Assembly: GCF_009914755.1 (NCBI RefSeq)
Contig: NC_060927.1
Strand: one strand, 5' to 3'
Length of the DNA stretch: 64,000 nt
Source of the DNA: the human T2T-CHM13v2.0 reference genome, Homo sapiens
The translations under genes were made by a program, and so were the position numbers. Positions 1 through 20,879 of this stretch are shown here, one piece after another. Within the stretch, counting starts at the first letter, position 1. Each line of letters begins with the position of its first letter. The notes under the pieces were generated by a model. The model did no database searches. It saw only the letters and a program-made list of their open reading frames with translations, and had not been told where the DNA came from.

Positions 1-3380
<3,380 letters not shown>

Positions 3381-3383
<3 letters not shown>

Positions 3384-4250
3384 AAATGCTCAACATCACT
3401 AATTATCAGGGAAATGCAAATTAAAAAGCATATGGAGAGATCATCTCATCCCAGTTGGAATGGCAATTATCAAAAAGACAAAAAAATAAATGCTGGTGAG
3501 GATGTAGAGAAAAGGGAAGTCATACATGGTTGGTGGGAATGTAAACTAGTGGAGCCATTATAAAAAACAATATAGAAGTTCCTCTATACCGAAAAATAGA
3601 AATACCATATGATCCAGCAATCTCACTACTGGATACTTATCCAAAGGAAAATAAATCAGTATATCAAAGAGATTATCTGTACTCCCACGTTTATTGTAGC
3701 ACTATTCACAATAGCTAAGGTCTGGAATCAACCTAAGTGTCTATCAATATTCAATGAAATACTATTTATCTATTTATAAAGAATGAAAGCCTATCATTAA
3801 TGGCAACATGGATATGTCTGGAAGACATTATGTTAAGTGAAATAAGTCAGACACAAAATGATGAATACCTCATGTTCTCACTCGTGAGAGCTAAAATAGC
3901 TGAGCTCATAGTAGAAGAAGAGAGGAGAATTGTGGTTACTAGCGGCTGGAAAGGATAAAGGGAGGAGATAATAGGGAGAGAATGGTTAATGAAGAGCTGC
4001 AGCTAAATAATAGGAATAATTTCTAGCACTCTATAGCACTGTAGAATGACTATTGTTAATAATCATGATGTATATTTTCAAATAGGTAGAAGAGAAGATT
4101 TTGAATGTCCCCAATACAAAGGAATGATATATATTTGCAGTGATTAATGTGTTAATTACACTAAGTTGATTATTACACATTGTATACATGTATTAATGTA
4201 TCACCATGTTCTCCATATATATGTACAATTATTACGTTTCCATAAAAATG
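3381..4250 (+). mobile_element. Old L1MA-type 3' end (ORF2 tail and 3'UTR) into which the L1PA is inserted
   Basis: AAATGCTCAACATCACTAATTATCAGGGAAATGCAAA... is a degenerate ORF2 C-terminus; L1MA-type 3'UTR ...ATTACACATTGTATACATG...TACAATTATTACGTTTCCATAAAAA. Confidence 0.85.
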
Positions 4251-4339
4251 TTTAAAGGCAGGAAGACAGGGGAGGGGAGGGTCAAACACACTATGTAAAG
4301 GAATTCAAGCAGCATAGCATTCTAGTACATTTAGATTAG

Positions 4340-4667
<328 letters not shown>

Positions 4668-5689
4668 AACCCTTTACATTTTAATAGTTTCTGAATCTGT
4701 GTTAAGAGCAGAGTACACTAATCAATTTCACAATCATGAGCCATTTCATAATGATGGTAAAGTGCTCTGTTGTGGAAGTCATAAAAATATGATATATTTG
4801 GAAATATTGCCATTCATAATAAAAATTAAAGTTTGGGCACCCTAAATAGAATTTTTTCAGTTATTAAAAAACTTCCATTTTGATGAGTTTCTTTCTAGTA
4901 ATGGTGACTAAATTAAGTTTATTTCCAAATGAGAAACATTTTAGACATTAATCAATTCAAAGCCATAGAAAGGTCAGTTTATTTCTCTGAATTACAAAAA
5001 ATTGGTTTCCTTAATCCATTTAAATTTCTGATAAAGTCAAGAGTTAACTTGTTATCTGTTTCTAATCTTTTTAAAGGGTGCACAAAATCGTAATGTAATG
5101 GATTTTGATATCATTATGATTTCCTTCAAATTTACATTCAATTATTTATGAAAAATAAGTATTCTGCCTATTTTGATGTCTTACAGAAATAAGGACAGTC
5201 TTAAAAGTAATCTGACAGTGGATCTAATGAAGATCTGGTAATGAAACCTAATGAAAATATAATATATTTAATTGGTCCTTTTATTTGCCATTTGTTAGAC
5301 TTTCTAAAATGAAATATATATTTGTGCATGAGGCTGCTCTGTACAGACAGATGCGTGTATTTTTTTTAACCATGTGAGAATAAGAACAATAGGAGGAGAC
5401 AGAAGAAAACAATAGGGAATAGGGTAGAATTCATGAATGTGAATAGAGGCGATGCTAATTTTACAGACCAAACACTACTTTTACGGATAGAACGCTTTCA
5501 GGTGATTTGCGAAGCTAACTAAAGATTTTCCTACTTTCGCTTTCTCAGTGTAAGGCAGTAAAATGCTCCATTAAAATTCCTGCAGCATTTTTAATGTAAT
5601 TTTCCTTTCCAGTAGAAACAAAAGCATGGGCATGCATTTTCATTTACTTGAATTTTTTCAGATGATGTAAAAAGAAAAAAAGAGACCTG

Positions 5690-5830
5690 TTGCTTATTAG
5701 CTGTGTGAGCTTCAGTAAGGCATTTAATTATTCTGGGACTCAGGTCCCCCATTTATAAACTAGACATTATAATATCTACCTTATCAGATAATTATGAGAA
5801 AGTGTTTATACAAATATTTGCAAGTTCTAA
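5690..5830 (+). mobile_element. MIR fragment
   Basis: TTATTAGCTGTGTGAGCTTCAGTAAGG...CTCAGGTCCCCCATTTATAAAC matches the MIR core. Confidence 0.6.
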
Positions 5831-6819
5831 AATATACAAATGTGAATTCATGTTATTATCTTTGGCTTTTCACATAGCCGAAGGGTTTATTTCTGTTCTG
5901 ATTCAATTATAAAAAGAATAAATCCACATGTAGCAAACGTACACACAGAGCTGAGCCAGGGTCTACCCAAAAGATATATGTATATTATTAAATAAGGCTC
6001 CTGATAGCAAGTCACTCATATTTTTCAGTCTCTGTAATGAGGGACCAAAATCAAATGCCTTTTGGATCCAGGAGAAGAGCATAAGGGTATGAATGCCCAA
6101 TGTATAGTGACAGGATACAGTGAAAAAAAATGAAAAGAAAAATGTGTTCTTCATAAAGAAAATCAAGTTTAATTTTACAGTTAATGTGCTGGCAAACACA
6201 CACATCTGCCCCCTGCCAGTGTGTGGCTCTCATATGGTGAAAGAGTTAAATACATATAAAATAAGAAAACAATCAAGATCACAATGCTGTAGATGAATGA
6301 CATTCAATGGAAGTTTAGTAAAGGGAGACCTGAGAGTAGATGGAGCATTCAGAAGTCAGATCAAAAAGAGGGCACTAGAAAGTGACTTTGAAGATTGACT
6401 AATGTCTACAGAGATGGATGAGGGAGGGGAGAGGCCAGAGGAGAAGAAGCAACTTCTGAGAACTCACGCACCAAGCATAAAATGAATGAGTTTTCTTTGA
6501 GAGCTATCCTATCTTACAATACTGAAAAACTATTGAGGATAAGCAAAAGACAATGTTAGAAGATAGAACACAAATAAATGTAAAGAAGATTGATAAACAA
6601 GGAACATAAATAGGATGTGGTAGGGTATAGGGTGCCAGTGCACATCTGGGGAAAGAGAGGTTTTGGTAAGAAAATTGTTGCAATAACAATGGACTGAAAA
6701 TAAAAAGTGAAACGTATTTCAACACAGGAATTTATTTCAAATGAGTAACTTATGGGTAATTTATCATTGATCAATTTTCTGATTTTGATTAAATTATAAA
6801 AAGACATTGAAAAGGCAAA

Positions 6820-6865
6820 AAAGAAAGAGAGAGAGAGAGAGAAAGAGAGAAGAGTGGAGAGAGAT
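6820..6865. repeat. (GA)n microsatellite
   Basis: GAGAGA run seen directly. Confidence 0.85.
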
Positions 6866-7084
6866 TACTGGGCATCCTATGGTGTCCACCACAGGTTGTC
6901 CCAATCTATAGATATCTGCACCTTTTCATTTTTGGATTATTTTTTGACTCTGTATATTGTAGAATCCTAATTGCATCATAAACAATTCTTGTCCTTGGAG
7001 ATGTAAATGAATTTTGTCTGGAGGAAATAAAACAATTCTCCTTCAAGAAGGTACATTTACATCACTTTAAAAAATTAATTTTGG

Positions 7085-7993
7085 GATGTGATAGCAGCCA
7101 AGATGGCCGAATAGGAACAGCTCCAGTCTACAGCTCCCAGCGTGAGCGACCCAGAAGACGTGTGATTTCTGCATTTCCATCTGAGGTACCGGGTTCATCT
7201 CACTAGGGAGTGCCAGACAGTGGGCGCAGGCCAGTAGGTGCATGCACCGTGCGCCAGCCGAAGCAGGGCGAGGCACTGCCTCACTTGGGAAGCGCAAGGG
7301 GTCAGGGAGTTCCCTTTCTGAGTCAAAGAAAGGGGTGACGGATGCACCTGGAAAATCGGGTCGCTCCCACCCGAATATTGCGCTTTTCAGACCGGCTTAA
7401 AAAACGGCGCACCACGAGATTATATCCCACACCTGGCTCGGAGGGTCCTACGCCCACGGAATCTCGCTGATTGCTAGCACAGCAGTCTGAGATCAAACTG
7501 CAAGGCAGCAGTGAGGCTGGGGGAGGGGCGCCCGCCATTGCCCAGGCTTGCTTAGGTAAACAAAGCAGCCTGGAAGCTCGAACTGGGTGGAGCCCACCAC
7601 AGCTCAAGGAGGCCTGCCAGCCTCTGTAGGCTCCACCTCTGGGGGCAGGGCACAGACAAACAAAAAGACAGCAGTAACCTCTGCAGACTTAAATGTCCCT
7701 GTCTGACAGCTTTGAAGAGAGCAGTGGTTCTCCCAGCACGCAGCTGGAGATCTGAGAACCAGCAGACTGCCTCCTCAAGTGGGTTCCTGACCCCTGACCC
7801 CCGAGCAGCCAAACTGGGAGGCACCCCCCAGCAGGGGCACACTGACATCTCACACAGCAGGGTATTCCAACAGACCTGCAGCTGAGGGTCCTGTCTGTTA
7901 GAAGGAAAACTAACAAACAGAAAGGACATCCACACCGAAAACCCATCTGTACATCACCATCATCAAAGACCAAAAGTAGATAAAACCACAAAG
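7085..7993 (+). promoter_or_regulatory. L1 5'UTR internal sense promoter (YY1 site CAAGATGGCC ~7099) and antisense promoter; short form lacking the 129-bp ZNF93 site
   Basis: CpG-rich ~900-bp UTR; CAGCAGGGTATTCCAACAGACCTGCAG at ~7855-7881 is the deleted junction typical of L1PA3-6030/PA2/HS. Confidence 0.85.
7323..7538 (-). CDS. ORF0: L1 antisense ORF0 (71 aa), intact
   Basis: MAGAPPPASLLPCSLISDCCASNQRDSVGVGPSEPGVGYNLVVRRFLSRSEKRNIRVGATRFSRCIRHPFL* matches primate L1 ORF0. Confidence 0.85.
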   Translation of the reverse strand: MAGAPPPASLLPCSLISDCCASNQRDSVGVGPSEPGVGYNLVVRRFLSRSEKRNIRVGATRFSRCIRHPFL

Positions 7994-9010
7994 ATGGGGA
8001 AAAAACAGAACAGAAAAACGGGAAACTCTAAAACGCAGAGCGCCTCTCCTCCTCCAAAGGAACGCAGTTCCTCACCAGCAACAGAACAAAGCTGGATGGA
8101 GAATGACTTTGACGAGCTGAGAGAAGAAGGCTTCAGACGATCAAATTACTCTGAGCTACGGGAGGACATTCAAACCAAAGGCAAAGAAGTTGAAAACTTT
8201 GAAAAAAATTTAGAAGAATGTATAACTAGAATAACCAATACAGAGAAGTGCTTAAAGGAGCTGATGGAGCTGAAAACTAAGGCTCGAGAACTACGTGAAG
8301 AATGCAGAAGCCTCAGGAGCTGATGCGATCAACTGGAAGAAAGGGTATCAGCAATGGAAGATGAAATGAATGAAATGAAGCGAGAAGGGAAGTTTAGAGA
8401 AAAAAGAATAAAAAGAAATGAGCAAAGCCTCCAAGAAATATGGGACTATGTGAAAAGACCAAATCTACGTCTGATTGGTGTACCTGAAAGTGATGGGGAG
8501 AATGGAACCAAGTTGGAAAACACTCTGCAGGATATTATCCAGGAGAATTTCCCCAATCTAGCAAGGCAGGCCAACGTTCAGATTCAGGAAATACAGAGAA
8601 CGCCACAAAGATACTCCTCGAGAAGAGCAACTCCAAGACACATAATTGTCAGATTCACCAAAGTTGAAATGAAGGAAAAAATGTTAAGGGCAGCCAGAGA
8701 GAAAGGTCGGGTTACCCTCAAAGGGAAGCCCATCAGACTAACAGCGGATCTCTCGGCAGAAACCCTACAAGCCAGAAGAGAGTGGGGGCCAATATTCAAC
8801 ATTCTTAAAGAAAAGAATTTTCAACCCAGGATTTCATATCCAGCCAAACTAAGCTTCATAAGTGAAGGAGAAATAAAATGCTTCACAGACAAGCAAATGC
8901 TGAGAGATTTTGTCACCACCAGGCCTGCCCTAAAAGAGCTCCTGAAGGAAGCGCTAGACATGGAACGGAACAAACGGTACCAGCTACTGCAAAATCATGC
9001 CAAAATGTAA
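7994..9010 (+). pseudogene. L1 ORF1 with a single premature stop (R110*)
   Basis: MGKKQNRKTGNSK...LQNHAKM split by CGA>TGA at 8321-8323. Confidence 0.95.
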
Positions 9011-9058
9011 AGACCATCGAGACTAGGAAGAAACTGCATCAACTAACGAGCAAAATAA

Positions 9059-12900
<3,842 letters not shown>

Positions 12901-13207
12901 ACAATGAGATCACATGGACACAGGAAGGGGAATATCACACTCTGGGGACTGTGGTGGGGTGGGGGGAGGGGGGAGGGATAGCATTGGGAGATACACCTAA
13001 TGCTAAATGACGAGTTAGTGGGTGCAGCGCACCAGCATGGCACATGTATACATATGTAACTAACCTGCACAATGTGCACATGTACCCTAAAACTTAAAGT
13101 ATAATAAAAAACAAAATTAATTTTGGCATTCCTGATTGCCTGAATATGATTATCTGCTCTTTGTGTTTTCCTTAAAACTGGTTTTAGGTGTTTTACGAGT
13201 GCCCTCA

Positions 13208-13667
13208 TGTATTAATTTCCCAGGGCTGCTAAAGCAAAGTGTCACAAGCTTCGTGAGTTAAGACAAAATAAATTTATTATCTTAAAATTCTGGAAGCTAG
13301 AATTTTGAAATTAGGTGTCAGCAGGGCCACGCTCTCCATGAAAGTTCTAGGTGAGAATTCTTCCTTGCCTTTTCCTAGCTTCTGGTGGTTGCTGGCAATA
13401 TTTGGCCTTCCAGAGCTTGCAGCTACATCAATCCAAACTAAGCCTCTGTTGTCACATGGCCGTCTCTCCTGTGTCTGTGTCCCTGCCTTCACATGGTCTT
13501 CTTATAAGGACACTAGTCATTTGATTTAGGCCCCAGCCTAATCCAGTATGACCTTATCTTAATTTGATAAATCTACAAAGACCCTATTTCCAAATAAAGT
13601 TATTTTCACAGGTATACAGATTAGGACTTCAACATATCTTTTTGAGGGCACGATTCAGCCCACAACA
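13208..13667 (-). mobile_element. MLT1C-like solo LTR (ERVL-MaLR)
   Basis: TGTATTAATTTCCCAGGGCTGC...GATTCAGCCCACAACA; TSD-like CCTCA/CCTAA. Confidence 0.85.
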
Positions 13668-13740
13668 CCTAATTAATTAACAAATTAAGTAAAACTTGTA
13701 ACATGTTCATTTTATGTTTTGTTTGAATCATGGTTATACC

Positions 13741-13741
<1 letters not shown>

Positions 13742-13776
<35 letters not shown>
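13742..13776. repeat. (TG)n microsatellite
   Basis: Seen directly. Confidence 0.95.
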
Positions 13777-13779
<3 letters not shown>

Positions 13780-14351
13780 ATATATATATTTCAACAAAAT
13801 TAACATTCTGTTAAAGAAGCATTAACCCCTCCCCCCCCAAACCCTTATATATTTTCAACAGCTAAAATCTAAACTGTGGACCTTCCAAGGACAGGGTCAA
13901 TATCTTTCACTGTTTCATCCCCAACATGTAATGTCTAGTAAAATAGTACACACTTGGTAAACATCTGTTGGACTTAAACCAAAATAGGGGTATTTTAGTT
14001 TACTTTTATGTGTTTACTTTGTTAACAATCCATTCTACTCTCAGAAGGTTTCACTAGTAATAATTCTTTCTTTGTAACAATTCAGCATAAAAAGGATGAA
14101 TTGTTCAGGCCCTAAGGAGGTTGCCACCAGTGCTCCAGCTGTGAAGTCATCAGGCCTGAGTCAAAACAGCGTGGAGGAGAAAGAGCAAACTTGAGTATAA
14201 TGTCAGAGGAAAAAAATTCAGAATTTGGTTATACGCATTAGGAAAGGTGAAGGAAGAATCTAGTGTGACACCAAAGTCTGGGATAAATAAAACAAGGATA
14301 AGGTGGTATCAATTTACCAGTGATAGAAAAAACCCTGTGATAGAAAAACTC

Positions 14352-15180
14352 TGTGATAACTCTAATATAATGAGAAAAACACATATCTGGACTCTGCCCC
14401 TGGTTCCTGGCACTTAGCTCCTAAACCCTTGGAGTCTCCCAAGTGGTAAGAGTTTTGTATGCTTATGAAATGACTGGCAGCTGGGGGGGTCCCTGGACAT
14501 CTTCAGGCTGAGGCTGGTCACCAGAAAGACCAAAGTCTGAGAAGAGGATTAGCACTTTCAGCCCCACCCTCCAACCTCCGGGAAGAAGAGAGGGGATACA
14601 GGTTGAGCTGATCACCAATGGCCAATGATATAATCAATCATGCCTAGGTAACAAAGCTTCCACCAAAAGGACAGAATTCAGACGGCTTCCAGGTTGGATA
14701 ACACATAGAGAGGGCAGCATGCACGGAAAGGTCATGGAAACTCCATGCCACTCCCCAGTATCTCCTTTATTGCATCTCTTCCATCTGGCTGTCCATCTGT
14801 ATCCCTTGTAATATCCTTTCTAATAAAGGGGTAAACATAAATAAGTGCTTCCCTGAATTCTATGAGCTGCTCTAGCAAATTAATCAAGCCTGAGAAAGTG
14901 ATTATGTGAACCCCCAATTTATCGCTGGTCCGTAAGAACCACAAGTCACAACCTAGAATTTGCGACTGGCATGTGAAGTAAGGGGTAGTCTTATGAGACT
15001 GAGCTTTTAGCCTGTGGGATCTGATGGTATCCAGAATGGAAGTGAATTAGAGGGTACTCACCTGGAATCTGCTGGATAATTGCTGGATGTGTGGGGGAAA
15101 ATCCCTGACATTTGGTGTCTACAGTATCGTTTGAATGGTGTGTGAAAGTCGGAAACAATTTTGCTTTCCTTTCCATTCAG
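14352..15180 (+). mobile_element. MER21-family solo LTR
   Basis: CCTGGCACTTAGCTCCTAAACCCTTGG...GGCTGGTCACCAGAAAGACCAA...GATCACCAATGGCCAATGATATAATCAATCATGCC matches MER21; AATAAA at ~14822. Confidence 0.85.
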
Positions 15181-15629
15181 AAATAAACTCATAACATTTT
15201 AAAACCAGAGACTTTTTAGAGTCAAGCCTTTTTGTTTTATAGCATGTTAACTGATTTTCAGAGAAGTAGCCAAGTCACACAATCCAGCCAGTGGCACAAC
15301 AGGACACCTTGACTCCCAAGAAAATGATATTATACCTAAATCTTGATTTCTCCCCATGAACATACCTTCGAGTTTTCTGCTATTAACAGGGTTTCCTACA
15401 TATCAACCTTTCCCATCTACTCTCAAGTAGTAAAGAGAACACCAGAAGCAAGTAGTGCATACCCAGATTGGCATACTGTGTTAAGATTAAATTTTTCCCA
15501 CTGGAATGGCTGTATCTGTAGCGTCATCATGCACTCCCCTTCTTTTGCATGAAGTAAGCTTTCACTCATCATTGCTCTACTGGCTTGGATCAGTGGAAAG
15601 AGCTATGTGATTCTTAACCTCTGATATTG

Positions 15630-16165
15630 CAGCGGAAATTCTTTATCTTTTCAGTTTCATCTTCCATCTTTTTTCTGTCTTGCTGGTCCACAGGTGGTGG
15701 GCCCTTATAAAATGTATCACCCAGATTTCTTGTTGTTTAGTTTTCAGTGGATTTGGCCAAAGGAAGGCATGGGCAGGAGATTATGGAGGGGAGGAGAAAG
15801 GTTGGGGTATTAGGGTAATTTTTTTTTCCCATAAATATATTTTTTGACCTCCCCACCCCCAGCACACAAGGTCAATGTTTCCTGGCATTGCCTCCGTGCC
15901 GCTATGGTTGCAGCCCCTAAGAGGCGGTCCTTTATCCATGGTTCTACTTCTTACCAGGTCTTCAGTGCATTATTTTCTCCTTTTGTCCCTTCAGGCCTAG
16001 GAGTAATAACAGTTTTCCATTGATTCACAATGATCTCTGCTTGCCTCCATCTTACTCGTTGACTCCCTTGTCCCTGCCCTTACCTCGGCAAGCAGTCCTT
16101 ACATTAAAGTCTTCAGTGGAACCAACTGAATGGAATTCTATCTCACACTGGGACACTGATAGAGT
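15630..16165 (+). mobile_element. LTR33-like ERVL solo LTR
   Basis: Hallmark CCCTTCAGGCCTAGGAGTAATAACAG...CCCTGCCC...CATTAAAG. Confidence 0.65.
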
Positions 16166-18328
16166 GATCTTTCAATAACATTCAACATTAATCAGCACTG
16201 AATTTTCAATACTTTAAATGCATGTGCACGTAATCATAAGCTACTTAAAGCTAGCTATTTGTAAAATAAAAGGTTAAATAAAAGAGTAAAAGAAAAAGTC
16301 AATGTTTCCAGATGGGTTTAATCATAGAATTCTGAGACATCCTTCTTACTCCATTTTTATGTATTTTTCTATGTTTACCACATTTGTTTTACTTTCTAAA
16401 GTCTTCTTTCATCTTTTTAATGACATCTTGATGAAGCGTAGATGTGTCATTATTATAGAGAACCTCAGAGTAATAGGCGGGTCTAAAAATAGCATATGCA
16501 GTAGTACGGAATTACACAATACCCTCTGTCTTTCAGTACCATACAATCACATGCATCAGTTCATGTAAGCGGTCAGAGGACCACCCGTGACTTCCAGTTT
16601 CCCAAATAGTAACTTTTTTTGAAAACTGCCTACGTATCTACAATATGTGTCTCTGGAAATAATACTAGGTAAAAGCACCTACAAAACAGTTAGACATAGA
16701 AAACCATTTTAAAAACCGAACCTTCTAATATGTGAGCCTGTGGAAGCCCTGGTCAGTTACTTGGAAAATCAACAAACTTACTTCTATTATGTTCATTTAC
16801 TACTTTTTTTTTATGGAACAAGATTTGTTTCTCAATTTTCAATGTGGGTTTAATGACAAAGTGAGAAAACACATGTCTCATAGGGATTTTAACAAGAAGA
16901 AAAAAATTTAAATAACATAGAGGATACAGAAATGTTTTTGTTCGGGTTTTTTTTCCATTCCACCTCTTCATCACTTCTCAGACAAGGGGTAGAGTACATT
17001 ATCCTGCAAATGAAGTAAGAAACTATAATTTTCATCCGTGCTCTCTTTAACTGTAGCAATGTATAAGAAACAACTTTTCTAGGATAGTATTTTCTCTGAG
17101 CGAGTTGGAATATAAATTTTTTAAGATCCCTTCCAGATTTTGATTTGCATATATACAAATATTTACCATCTTAGGGGAAGGCCTATGGGATTCTTAGTTT
17201 CATGGAAGGGAATTGCCTGGGTACAGAGAAGGGAGAATTTGATTGACATTTAAATACAGTTTTAAATGCTTAGTGGCTCCAAATAAATACATTCACTCCT
17301 TTAGTAGTAACATACTTAATTCAAACAGCTGTGGATGGCCACCTGCCATGCAAACATGGTCAGAGAACATGCAGGATCTACAGCTTTAGTTTCATTGTGA
17401 AGACCTTCCTCAGACTAGTTCCGTTCCTTCTGTCTATTAATAATGATGAGTCCAATCTCTCTTCACCCATTACCTAATGAAACTCTGAAAAAATGCCTTC
17501 CAGCTGTCTCTAGACTGGTACCTGAATTCTCTTGTGATCTCCAAGGGGGTTTATGCTCACCTTTAACCTTATAAAATATATAATTACTTAACCATCCTTT
17601 AACCTTTGATCCTTCCAACCACTTGGTAAATTTGTGCTGTACCTGTTAACATGCCTGATTCTCTTTAGCACTGCTGTGCTAAATAACATTTGAGCCACTA
17701 CCCAAGCTGAAATGCTGCTCCCTCTGCCCCTCTCCTTCTGTCATCAGGAATGAGTAGAGAAAAATCCAACTGGATTCTTTTTGATTCCCAAATGTCACAC
17801 CGTTTAACCAGCGAATGTGGAAGTTTTCAGTTGATCCTGTGATCTATGATCTTCACACAGTGTCTCTGTTATTCACTGTTCTCCAGTGATATGTACAAAT
17901 GTAGTGAAGATCAATATTCCAGATTTTTCAAAAGCAAGCATAGGCCCTGTTAAGAGAATAAAGTACTCCCTCATGATAATAGAATTTTTACTAAACTTAT
18001 AAAAATAATGAGTTTAATATGATTATTAAAGGGGTGAATTATCTAAAATCCTATGAAACCTCATAGTTGGTCCTTCACCTTAGAAAGATCAGTAGCAAAG
18101 GCAAAAAAGCAGACCCTGTCTCATTCATCAAGAAGGATCAGATCCTCTGAGAGAAATAGAATTTGGGAGATCAAAGTCATATGTAAAAGTGATTTTATGA
18201 TTACTAAAGTATATAAAATATAAAAGTTATTTTATGTATTTCAAGATATTAAAATTAATTTCTATTCATTATCCCTATATTCACTAGGTGATAGCTGTAG
18301 ATTTTCTTTCACCAAAGCCTTCAGCAAA

Positions 18329-18329
<1 letters not shown>

Positions 18330-18381
<52 letters not shown>

Positions 18382-18383
18382 TG
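18330..18383. repeat. (TG)n microsatellite
   Basis: Seen directly. Confidence 0.95.
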
Positions 18384-19649
18384 TTGGCTGCAGAAAATAT
18401 GCATGTTTAGAAATGTTTTTATTTTCCAGGATCTGAAGCTTCTATCCAAATGTTAATGGCTATTTGATGTACAGTTTAGAGTTATTGATTCCCTCTTTAA
18501 TTTTCTCATAGTCACAGAAATAAGTAATAATTTGCTTCATATAGAAAATTTGGGAGTAACTTTATCTAATATACTCAGCTATGGTAAATAGAAACTTTTC
18601 AACAGCTCTTCCCAAGAGTTGTTGGGGGTTATAGAATCTTAGTTCAGTCAAGGATGACTTTAGACAAAGGGTTTGTTCTGAGTCTGTCTTTCCACAGAAT
18701 GTACTGAGTGCATCTTTTCTGATAATCTGAGGGGTGCAGATCTAACTCACTGTTTGACTTTCATAGATTCCAAGCTTTATTGCAAAATCCTTTATTCCTA
18801 CTCTGTCATCCGTTTTATTTCTCTATTATATTTCCAGTTCTCTCTTTTTCCAATTATTCCCCAATAGAAATGAGTCATGATTTGGGGGAATTGACATGCT
18901 CTCAGCCATGGAAAAGTAAATAGAAGTAAATCCTGGAATAAATGTTTCTGCTGAGTGGAGTTACATAACTGGCACACATGCGCAGGGACATGGGAAGGAT
19001 TTAGCGGAAGGTTGAGACAGGAGCTTTCACATTTGTTTATATAAAGGGGAGGGGTAGAAAGAACTAATGGACAGAAACAGGTTATGGCAAGGTATCTGTT
19101 TCCTGCCCAGTCATTTGGACTAGGTTTCAGCCCTTTATGCAAAAATAGCTTAAGGCCAGAAGAGCTATTATGATTTCTAAGAGACCCTGGAAAGAAATAT
19201 TGCTGCTAATGAACTGAGGTGACATAGGACAATGCAGAGTTGAAGAGAGGATAATTTCTCCTTGTCTGCACAGAACGCAGCACACCTTCAGCCCTTCAAA
19301 GACGGGCAGCTTTGGCTGCACCCCTGGGCAGTTCCCTGGGTATGCACATTGATGCAATTATAATGTCCTCGCTATGAGATTTCCCACCACCCACGCTGGT
19401 GTTCACATCTAGCGGCATCACAGAGAGGTAGAACTAAAGGGAAGAAGTTGATGGATGCCATCTGGTATTGCAGATGATGACAGGTATGTGAATCTCCACA
19501 ATGCACTGCTGTCAGCCCACAGAAACACCTGAGAAAGCTATGTGGAATTTGCATATGCCGTTGGAAGTAAGGAGAAATTCTGGGTTATTGAGATTAATAT
19601 GATTTCTTTCATGTTTATATGTAGTTTAAGTGTGATGCCTGAATAGCAT

Positions 19650-19955
19650 AATGCCTTGTTTTTTCCTTCTTTCCTTTTAGGTACTATAAGCATGACTGTA
19701 GTACAGATGATGTTTTAGTATTGAAAACAGAGAAATCATTTTACATTCTAAAGTATATTCATTACTTTAAAAATCATAATTGTTAGTTTCTTCATAAGTA
19801 TATATATTTTAATTTAGTTACTGTATGCAGGCTAATTCCATGCATTTTACATATATTAGTTAATTTAATCATCATAAAATCTTGTGAGATTGATGCTATT
19901 GCTATCTCTAGTTTACAGGTAGAGAAACTGAGAGTGCCCAACTAGAAACTGATTA
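19650..19955 (+). repeat. Inverted repeat IR-A, left arm (includes a truncated minus-strand MIR at ~19815-19955)
   Basis: Reverse complement of 20943-21250 with ~14 differences in ~306 bp (hand alignment). Confidence 0.95.
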
Positions 19956-20151
19956 TCTACACTTAACAAAGGTTCAGAGATGGGATTAGTTATTCTAATT
20001 AGGATGTTTCTATGTGAAATTTAGTAGGAGCGTAAACACTTTCCATAAATGTATTTCTCACCAGTTCCAACTTACGTATTTTGTTGCAAAACAAATTAAT
20101 AAAACTTTAGGACTTCTGTTTTTTAAAAGGGCAATTAGAAAAATTTATCAT

Positions 20152-20482
20152 GTCTGGGTGCGGTGGCTCACACCTGTAATCCCAGCACTTTGGGCGGCCA
20201 AGGCGGGCAGATCACCTGAGGTTGGGAGTTCAAGACCAGCCTGACCAACATGGAGAAATCCCGTCTCTACTAAAAATACAAAAAATTAGCCAGGCATGGT
20301 GGTGCATGCCTGTAATCCCACCTACTCGGGAGGCTGAGGTAGGAGAATCACATGAATTGGGAGGCGGAAGTTGTGGTGAGCCAAGATCGTACCATTGCAC
20401 TCCAACCTGGTCAACAAGAGTGAAACTCCATCTCAAAAAAAAAAAAAAAAAAAGAAAGAAAGAAAGAAAGAAAGAAAAGAAA
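20152..20482 (+). mobile_element. AluSp, in the loop of IR-A
   Basis: Diagnostic GGTTGGGAGTTCAAGACCAGCCTGACCAACATGGAGAAA; A/(GAAA)n tail; TSD-like AGAAAAATTT on both sides. Confidence 0.92.
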
Positions 20483-20879
20483 AGAAAAATTTTAAATGTT
20501 GAGTAGCTGCTTAAGAAGCAGGAAATAAAGATGGAGATTTACTATACAGAAAATCCTCTAAGTGGAAGGGTCTTTTCAAGGAAAAAGTATCTCAGAAGAA
20601 AAATTGAGATCCAAAGAAATACACTGTATTAGAGGAACATGACTTCAGATTGACTGTTTTGAAAACTTAAAAAAAAACCTTAATTATTGATAGCATGATA
20701 ATGATCAGGGTCCTTCTGGTGGGGTACCTCTCAACAAAATTAAATTTTTAAAAAAAGTGAATCCAATAGCAATAGTATTAGTGTTTGACAGTGTTTAAAT
20801 GCCAGAAAAAAATAAAAGTGAATTTGTTACATGCTGTTAGAAAGGGCATTATTATGTTTGTAAATCATTGCTGCTGTTA

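Noticed and set aside
14319-14362. Short tandem GTGATAGAAAAA repeats (CRISPR-like spacing)
   Set aside because: Two to three copies of a slippage duplication at an LTR edge; eukaryotic DNA with no spacers or cas genes.
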